From contig JBLYPW010000002.1 of the NCBI GenBank assembly GCA_048538275.1, forward strand, positions 103,927-167,926: DNA of 64,000 nt, read 5' to 3'. Position numbers and translations under genes: made by a program. Shown here one piece after another: positions 57,927 to 64,000 of the stretch. The stretch is from Candidatus Komeilibacteria bacterium. Lineage in GTDB: Bacteria; Patescibacteriota; Patescibacteriia; UBA1558. The first letter of the stretch is position 1; every line of letters starts with the position of its first letter. Under the pieces are notes generated by a model, which made no database searches, was not told the DNA's origin, and saw only the letters and a program-made list of their open reading frames with translations.

Positions 57927-60065
57927 ATGAAAAAAATTTATTTGATTTCACTCATAACAATCGTAGTAGGTTTAATATTTTATACACTACCTCATTGGTT
58001 TAGTTTTTTGTGGGGTTTTCAACTTTTATTATTGCCCATGTTAGCTGGTGTGTTGATGGTATTAGTTCAGAATGAAGATAGGACTTATAGGTTTTTACCA
58101 AAACTTATTACTGGGTCATTGATAGCAAGTTTTGTTTATTTAATTTTATTGCAAGTAATCGAATATGATCATGATGGTTATTTTGTTTTTTTTGGTTTTT
58201 TAATGCCAGCATTATTTTTAACAGGTGTTAGTATATTCGGTGGTTTAGTAGGAATTGTTATTAAAGGTACCGCTTTGTTATTGAATATAAAATCCGAATC
58301 GAAATTTATTTTAATAGTTAAGAAAATATTTGGAGGATTATTTTTAAGTATAGATTCGATTTTAACATTGATAGCTATTGTATTTTTTTTGATAGTAGCG
58401 TTTTATCCTTCAAGCTCTTGGCTCAACATGGTTATGGTTGATTTTAGAGTAATAGATGTAGTTGGATTTTTTAATTATTATTTGTTGCTTATCTCTGTAT
58501 TATTTATTTTTACAACACCGTTGATATTTGTCACTAATTTAGGTTTAATTTTACTGTTTCCTCTAAAAAGATATTTGAATAAAAAATTATCTTCTCGTTT
58601 AATCATTTATTTTTTTATCTTTTTAGCCGTTTTTCTTTTATCGTCTTCTTATTTGAATTCTAAATTTGAATTAAAGAAAGCAGAAATGAAAAAAAATAAT
58701 ACTAAAGAACATTTTGATATTAAAGATTTTAACAAAATAAATGTTTCGCGTTTTGTTGAATTTGATGAGATAAAAATTATTCAAGGCGATAAATTTGATA
58801 TAGTGGTTAAGGGTAGTCAATATGACCAAATAGGACTTGATATTGAAAAAAACGATGATAAAACATTAGTAATAAAAAGATCAGAGCTTGAAACGTATTA
58901 TAATACTGAAACTTGGACAATGGAGAATGAAGATTCTTTGTTTCCTGCTGGTACTAAGCATTTGGTTATAGAAATAATTATGCCCGATATTGAAAAGATT
59001 GTTTTAGATGGAGGTCATATAGAACTGGTAGATTTTGATGTTGATAATGTTGACATCGAACTCAATAAGCGATTTACTGATATCAAAGGTAATATCATAG
59101 TTGAAGACACATTAAAACTAGATGCTAAAGGAGGCGTAATTAATTTGTCTGGTTCGGCTAAAAATTTAATCATAAATTCAGGCGACTGTTGGATTGAAAT
59201 GGATAAATTTATAGTTCAAGATGCCATTATTGATGCAGTAAATACCAGCAGATTGAATGTGAATGTAAGTAATAATATGGAAATAGAAATAAACAAAAAT
59301 TCTGGTATCACAAATCATAATAATAGTGAAGTTTGGGATTCAGAAATTCAGGAGCTAGCGTTTAAACTCAAATCAAGTATTTCTGGTATAAATATCAGTT
59401 TTCCGAAGGATTCATCTCTTTGGTGGAATGATGAGGATGGCTATAGTATTTTAGTTCCTGGAAACGAATCAATTGAAGTTGTTGGGGATGATGGTGTTAG
59501 GTCTGATAATTTTGCTGAAAGTAGTTTTGTCGCTGAGTTGTTGGATATTACTAAACAAGTGTTATCTACTAGGGGATTTATTTTAAATGAGAGTAATTCA
59601 TCTGCAAATATAATGGATAAGAAGTTTTATGACTATGTTCGAGCATATAAAAATGATGATAAGTTGTGTGTAGTTAGGGTTAATCCTGATTATAGCTCTT
59701 ATGGTTGTACTGATAATATGTTGATGTGTAATGTGGTAGAGATAACCTGTGGTAATGATTTAGCTGGAAGCCAGGTTCAACAAAGACCGTTTTTAGAAGC
59801 ACTTGAACTGCAAAACAAAGAAACAATTGTACAAATCATAAAACAAATTGGAGATTTTTATAAAGTTGCTATTAGCTATCGTCGTACTGGTTCAACAGGA
59901 GTTGTTAAAAAAGAGGATGGTGGTTTACGACTTTTATATACGAGTCAAGAAGATCCACATTGTGAAATAGTAGAAACAGAACGTATTCCAAGTAATGTAC
60001 TTGAGGGTTTTGAAATAAATGGCTGTTGGACTGAAAATGGGTATAGAAAATTTAGTGGAAATTAA
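57927..60065 (+). CDS. large hypothetical membrane protein (multi-TM N-terminus, about 470-aa extracytoplasmic C-terminal domain)
   Basis: 712-aa ORF, very AT-rich; about 8 hydrophobic helices in the first 240 aa. Confidence 0.5.
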   Translation: MKKIYLISLITIVVGLIFYTLPHWFSFLWGFQLLLLPMLAGVLMVLVQNEDRTYRFLPKLITGSLIASFVYLILLQVIEYDHDGYFVFFGFLMPALFLTGVSIFGGLVGIVIKGTALLLNIKSESKFILIVKKIFGGLFLSIDSILTLIAIVFFLIVAFYPSSSWLNMVMVDFRVIDVVGFFNYYLLLISVLFIFTTPLIFVTNLGLILLFPLKRYLNKKLSSRLIIYFFIFLAVFLLSSSYLNSKFELKKAEMKKNNTKEHFDIKDFNKINVSRFVEFDEIKIIQGDKFDIVVKGSQYDQIGLDIEKNDDKTLVIKRSELETYYNTETWTMENEDSLFPAGTKHLVIEIIMPDIEKIVLDGGHIELVDFDVDNVDIELNKRFTDIKGNIIVEDTLKLDAKGGVINLSGSAKNLIINSGDCWIEMDKFIVQDAIIDAVNTSRLNVNVSNNMEIEINKNSGITNHNNSEVWDSEIQELAFKLKSSISGINISFPKDSSLWWNDEDGYSILVPGNESIEVVGDDGVRSDNFAESSFVAELLDITKQVLSTRGFILNESNSSANIMDKKFYDYVRAYKNDDKLCVVRVNPDYSSYGCTDNMLMCNVVEITCGNDLAGSQVQQRPFLEALELQNKETIVQIIKQIGDFYKVAISYRRTGSTGVVKKEDGGLRLLYTSQEDPHCEIVETERIPSNVLEGFEINGCWTENGYRKFSGN

Positions 60066-60162
60066 TTTAAATTGTATCCAAGTTTAGTAAAATGGAGAAT
60101 GGCTGTTATTCTAGAGACTTGATTACAGTTCGAATGTTAGCCTTGAAGAGTTTAACAAAAGA

Positions 60163-60192
60163 GTTCTAAAGTTGTCCCGGTATGCGAGCCAA
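60163..60192 (+). repeat. 30-bp direct repeat copy 1 (GTTCTAAAGTTGTCCCGGTATGCGAGCCAA)
   Basis: identical copy at 61449-61478; the two copies flank the Fic gene. Confidence 0.85.
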
Positions 60193-60213
60193 TTTTTTAA
60201 GGGATTTTTAGCA

Positions 60214-60335
60214 GATAATTGCAGATTGCAGCGATTGAGGTTATAGTAATGCAGCAATAAATTGTTGTTTTTATTACTAAATTTGATGATTTATATATAT
60301 TATGCAGCAATAACGTATTTGAAATGCAGCAATTA
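60214..60335 (+). promoter_or_regulatory. array of TGCAGCAAT-type repeats upstream of the Fic gene (candidate operator array)
   Basis: ATGCAGCAATAA at 60249-60260 and 60302-60313; ATGCAGCAATTA at 60324-60335; TTGCAGATTGCAGCGATTG at 60219-60237. Confidence 0.5.
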
Positions 60336-60352
60336 AGTGCTATAATAAAAGC

Positions 60353-61399
60353 ATGAATAAGAGGCAAAAAAGACAACAAAAAATAATTACTTTTATAAAG
60401 AGTAAAGATAAGGTATCTAACTCTGAAATTTTAGATTTCCTTGGTGGTACAATTGAAAGAACGACATTGCAAAGAGATTTAAATTCTTTACAAAAACAAG
60501 GTTTTATTCTGAAAACTGGGCTTGGTCGGAGTACAGTTTATACCATTGCAGATATAAATAGAATATCCTTACCAGTTGATATTAAAGAATATTTCAATAT
60601 CCCATATTTGAATAGAGATATAAAAGAGACTTTCAATTTTGATATATTTAATATTTTGAATGACGATATTTTTACAGTAGAAGAAAAAGATAAGTTAGAG
60701 AAGCTACAGGCAGATTTCGTTAAAAATTTTTCCAAATATGATAGTCAAACGATTATTAATAAGGAGTTTGAGAGAATAATGATTGAATTTTCTTGGAAGT
60801 CGTCGGTTATTGAAGGAAACACATATTCACTTTTAGGTACCGAAGCTTTGATAAAAAATAATATTATTGGAAAAGGTAAGACTGAAAAAGAAACCCAGAT
60901 GATCATTAATCATAAGGACGCTTTTAACGAGGCAATTCAAAATAAAAATAAATTTATAAAATTACATTCTTCCAGTATTGAATATATTCATTCAGTTTTG
61001 ATTAAGAAATTAGGAATTTCTAAGAATATAAGAAATGAAGGTGTTGGAATTACTGGTACAAAATATAGACCCCTGGATAATAGTTATCAAATTAATGAGG
61101 CAATGCAGAAAATGATAGACTTGATTAATAAGAAAGAATCGTTTTTTGAAAAAGCTTTTTTAGTATTGATTTTTATTTCCTATATTCAGATTTTTGAGGA
61201 TGGGAATAAAAGAACTTCTCGCATGATTTCTAATGCTATTTTATTAGCACACAACTCAATACCACTTTCTTATAGAATTGTTGATGTTGAGGAATACAAA
61301 AAAGCTGTCATACTATTTTATGAAATAAATAATATTTCTTATTTTAAACAAATATTTATTGAGCAGTTTGAAGATGCGGTTAATAATTATTTTAGGTAG
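60353..61399 (+). CDS. Fic/DOC-family protein with N-terminal winged-HTH and a degenerate core motif (QIFEDGNKR instead of HPFx[DE]GNGR)
   Basis: ...YIQIFEDGNKRTSRMISNAILL aligns to the Fic motif with H to Q and G to K substitutions. Confidence 0.65.
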   Translation: MNKRQKRQQKIITFIKSKDKVSNSEILDFLGGTIERTTLQRDLNSLQKQGFILKTGLGRSTVYTIADINRISLPVDIKEYFNIPYLNRDIKETFNFDIFNILNDDIFTVEEKDKLEKLQADFVKNFSKYDSQTIINKEFERIMIEFSWKSSVIEGNTYSLLGTEALIKNNIIGKGKTEKETQMIINHKDAFNEAIQNKNKFIKLHSSSIEYIHSVLIKKLGISKNIRNEGVGITGTKYRPLDNSYQINEAMQKMIDLINKKESFFEKAFLVLIFISYIQIFEDGNKRTSRMISNAILLAHNSIPLSYRIVDVEEYKKAVILFYEINNISYFKQIFIEQFEDAVNNYFR

Positions 61400-61448
61400 T
61401 ATTTTTTATAAGAACATTGCCATCTAATTGTTGTTTGTGGTTAAAAAA

Positions 61449-61478
61449 GTTCTAAAGTTGTCCCGGTATGCGAGCCAA
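61449..61478 (+). repeat. 30-bp direct repeat copy 2
   Basis: identical to 60163-60192. Confidence 0.85.
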
Positions 61479-61547
61479 AAGACCATTCATGATAATAAGT
61501 GGTTTTTTTGTTTTGACTTTTATTTAAGAACATAAGATAATAAGACC

Positions 61548-62264
61548 ATGGATATAATTTTATTAGATACAGAAACCACCGGTATTGATCAAGACGCGCG
61601 ATTAGTACAGTTGGCTTATAAAAATTTGAGTAGCGGTAAATCTGTAAATGAATTTTTCAAGCCGCCGATACCTATTTCTATTAAGGCTCAGGCTACGCAT
61701 CATATTACAGAGCGAGAGGTAGCCGATAAGCCAGCCTTTATCAATAGTGATTGGCAAAAACAATTGATCCAAGAGCTAGCAGATAATATCATGGTGGCAC
61801 ATAATGCGCCTTATGACATTCGTATTCTCAACAATGAAAAAGTAGCGGTCAATAAATTTATAGACACACTGCGTGTCTCTCGGCATTTATTGGAGAGTGA
61901 AGAGTATAATATGCAGTATTTACGCTATGCTTTAGATCTTAATGTTACTGCTTTGGCGCACAATGCCATGGGGGATGTAGCTGTCTTGGAGGCATTGTTT
62001 AATTATTTGTGTAATTTTATTAAAGCAAAGCATACGGTGGCGAGCGACGCAGAGGTTTATGATCTGATGCTGCATTTGACCGAACAGCCGGTTTTATTGC
62101 GAGTGATGAATTTTGGCAAGCACAAGGGTAAGTTTTTTAAAGACGTGGCCGAGTATGATATAAACTATCTGCAATGGTTGTATGATAAACAAATGGAGAA
62201 TGACATGCTTGGTCGCAATGAGGACCTTATTCATACTTTGGAGCAGTATTTGGGGATCAAATAG
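61548..62264 (+). CDS. DEDDh 3'-5' exonuclease (DnaQ-like) domain protein
   Basis: ILLDTETTG (Exo I); HNAPYDIRIL (Exo II); HNAMGDVAVL (Exo III with His). Confidence 0.75.
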   Translation: MDIILLDTETTGIDQDARLVQLAYKNLSSGKSVNEFFKPPIPISIKAQATHHITEREVADKPAFINSDWQKQLIQELADNIMVAHNAPYDIRILNNEKVAVNKFIDTLRVSRHLLESEEYNMQYLRYALDLNVTALAHNAMGDVAVLEALFNYLCNFIKAKHTVASDAEVYDLMLHLTEQPVLLRVMNFGKHKGKFFKDVAEYDINYLQWLYDKQMENDMLGRNEDLIHTLEQYLGIK

Positions 62265-62306
62265 TAGAGTAATACTTGTTTTGTATTGCTAGATGTAAAT
62301 AAAAAA

Positions 62307-62336
62307 GGCGCTAAGTTTGGATACTCAACGCCTTGA
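62307..62336 (-). terminator. terminator for the minus-strand gene 62351-62653
   Basis: aaggcg-N18-cgcctt with a T-run on the minus strand. Confidence 0.45.
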
Positions 62337-62350
62337 TAGCGGTTTATGTT

Positions 62351-62653
62351 TTAATCATCAAACCTGATTTTGTATATTTTGGTCAAAGGCAGGTTTATTA
62401 GTGAGCCACCTGATGGAATAGTTTGACGCACTGTGATAGATTTTTCACCTTTTAATTTTGCTGCTTCAATAATTTTGAGCGTATCTTTTGCAGTATATTC
62501 GTTAATATCCCGTGATATGCCTGATTTAGCTACATAAAATATCAACGGCCAAGCTAGAAACGACACTACTCCCATAAGAAGCATCAAAAAAGTGCAACTG
62601 ATCGTGGCCATTAAAACTGGTACTAGATTATTGGTTGAAGTAGTGATACGCAT
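62351..62653 (-). CDS. hypothetical small membrane protein
   Basis: one or two TM helices. Confidence 0.4.
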   Translation of the reverse strand: MRITTSTNNLVPVLMATISCTFLMLLMGVVSFLAWPLIFYVAKSGISRDINEYTAKDTLKIIEAAKLKGEKSITVRQTIPSGGSLINLPLTKIYKIRFDD

Positions 62654-62658
62654 AATAT

Positions 62659-63084
62659 TTAGCCTATCTCCACTACAGTGGTTACTCCTGCCATTTCACC
62701 TTGTCCAAAGAACGTGTTTGCTTTGGTATCGCTGTAAGAACGGGCTTTGAATCGCTTTTCATCTGACCACCTATTTTGCAGCCATGTACAAATGATATCA
62801 CGATTATGAGATGAAAGTTTGCGAATGGTTTCATTTCGTTCAGAGACACGTTGATTAAACAAAACCTTACGAGTCACTTTGTTAAATACTTGGGGATCGG
62901 TTTCGGCGATTACCGATAATGAGTCAGGTTGATGGATTAATGACCAATCATAATAATTATTTGGGTATAAACCGTTTTTTGGTAGAATTAGTGATTTTTC
63001 GTTTAACATGATAGACTCCTTTGGTTTGATTTTAGGTTTTAAATGAACTAATTTCATCATATAGATATATAAAAAAGATGTCAA
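62659..63084 (-). CDS. hypothetical protein
   Basis: 141-aa ORF (start may be the internal Met). Confidence 0.4.
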   Translation of the reverse strand: MTSFLYIYMMKLVHLKPKIKPKESIMLNEKSLILPKNGLYPNNYYDWSLIHQPDSLSVIAETDPQVFNKVTRKVLFNQRVSERNETIRKLSSHNRDIICTWLQNRWSDEKRFKARSYSDTKANTFFGQGEMAGVTTVVEIG

Positions 63085-63332
63085 TATATGTACTGTAGTA
63101 GATGAAAGATACTTTTTAAGGATAAATATTATTTAAAATTTAATAAAGCAGAGCGGATATTTGCTCCGGATCTGGGAAATTATAATGATTTGGTAGTGGA
63201 GCATGATAAATTGTATATAGTAAGCATAGATAGCTCATTACTAAAGAAATTAATCACGCAATAATTATTTGTTGCGCTTGATTGTCATTGATTCTTGCTT
63301 ATTGGCATAATTTATGTTAAACCATAAAGAGA

Positions 63333-63761
63333 ATGTCTGATGTACTTTCAAACAAGGAGGGAAATATGGTAAGGGATGTTCACCCTATTCGTAAGCGTGC
63401 GATGATCACTGTTTATTTTTTGGCATTTTCCATGATTGGCATTTTAATTCTTATGCATCGTCATGATTGGCGCCATTATACTGACGTGGTGGGGCGGAAG
63501 GTTTATGCTAAAGGAAATTGTGTCATCTATGTTTGGGCAGATAGTCTGCGCGTGGAGGCGTATTCTCCGGAGGATAATATTAAACAGATTATTCACGTGA
63601 GTGACAATTATTGGCAGCAAGATGATTATTTGATTTCTAATAATGGTTCTTTGTTGGTTACTTGTTTAAAGACAAATGTTTTTCAAAATAAGTATCTTCC
63701 TTATTTGCGCTATTTGCCGACAGATATCCAGCGGCGTTTATTAGCGGTGATGCCTAGGTAA
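63333..63761 (+). CDS. hypothetical membrane protein
   Basis: one TM helix near the N-terminus. Confidence 0.4.
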   Translation: MSDVLSNKEGNMVRDVHPIRKRAMITVYFLAFSMIGILILMHRHDWRHYTDVVGRKVYAKGNCVIYVWADSLRVEAYSPEDNIKQIIHVSDNYWQQDDYLISNNGSLLVTCLKTNVFQNKYLPYLRYLPTDIQRRLLAVMPR

Positions 63762-63851
63762 AAAAAGCCACACCCTTGAGTAATATCAAGGGTTTTTTAT
63801 TAGTTTTAAAAAATGCTATAATAAAAAAAGTTATAATTAACAAAAAGATTT

Positions 63852-64000
63852 ATGCAATTACAAGGCAAAGTCGCCATTATTACTGGCGCCGGTAGCGGTA
63901 TTGGTTTGGCTACTGCCAAGCGTTTTTTAGCAGCTGGCGCAAGCGTTGTATTGTCTGATATTAAGCCCGGTGAAGCGATGAAAGTGGTGCAGGATAATCC
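63852..64000 (+). CDS. short-chain dehydrogenase/reductase (SDR), 5' partial at the window edge
   Basis: [25 protein letters not shown] glycine-rich NAD(P) motif; runs off the window. Confidence 0.75.
   Translation, partial: MQLQGKVAIITGAGSGIGLATAKRFLAAGASVVLSDIKPGEAMKVVQDN

Noticed and set aside
1-64000. Alternative genetic code (UGA sense, as in some CPR lineages)
   Set aside because: Long housekeeping ORFs are intact under the standard code. TGA clearly serves as a stop, for example the thyA stop overlapping the folA start as ATGA.
1-64000. CRISPR arrays, prophage structural genes, rRNA genes
   Set aside because: No regularly spaced short repeats. No capsid, terminase or integrase-like ORFs. 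No rRNA-like conserved stretches seen.

Overview
This 64-kb window reads as a compact, moderately AT-rich bacterial chromosome segment using the standard genetic code. TGA is a stop codon, for example at the thyA/folA ATGA overlap. Genes are densely packed, mostly on the + strand. The overall content suggests a small-genome, host-dependent lineage (CPR/Patescibacteria-like), but I cannot confirm the phylum from sequence alone.

Core genes I can support from motifs:
- rplA
- a complete dTMP operon: dCMP deaminase, P-loop kinase, dut, thyA, folA, tmk
- M23 peptidase, VIT-family transporter, ldh, asnS, a short aspS
- scpA, scpB, rluB, a DacA-like carboxypeptidase, tpiA, fba
- zupT
- an oxidative-stress cluster: fpg, Fur/PerR-like regulator, rubredoxin, peroxiredoxin, SOD
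- rpmG, hup, an MscS-family channel, thioredoxins, a ROK kinase, a GH1 beta-glucosidase
- a CIRCE-controlled chaperone operon: hrcA, grpE, hsp20, dnaK, dnaJ
- cysS, corA, dnaX
- six tRNAs: Thr-GGT, Tyr-GTA, Thr-TGT, Trp-CCA, Pro-CGG, Gln-CTG

Accessory or unusual content:
1. A visibly AT-richer island sits immediately 3' of tRNA-Trp. It opens with a decayed IS200/IS605-like remnant. It then encodes a GT2 glycosyltransferase fused to a GDDD/DPPY methyltransferase-like domain, an ATP-grasp ligase, a GT4-like glycosyltransferase, and a convergent GGCT/AIG2-like cyclotransferase.
2. At tRNA-Tyr there is a 1.5-copy tandem duplication of a GIY-YIG nuclease gene plus the tRNA 5' end. The upstream pseudo-tRNA copy is interrupted by two 35-nt GC hairpin modules.
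3. An analogous 5' fragment of tRNA-Pro is duplicated upstream of that tRNA. It is followed by a hairpin module with the same CCCG-N21-ACGGGGC architecture.
4. An ATP-cone–Mrr nuclease fusion lies next to tRNA-Pro.
5. A Fic gene with a degenerate core motif is flanked by 30-bp direct repeats. It is preceded by a TGCAGCAAT repeat array and followed by a DEDDh exonuclease.
6. A membrane-anchored VirB4/TraD-like ATPase module is present.
7. A 42-bp perfect palindrome lies in the rplA leader.
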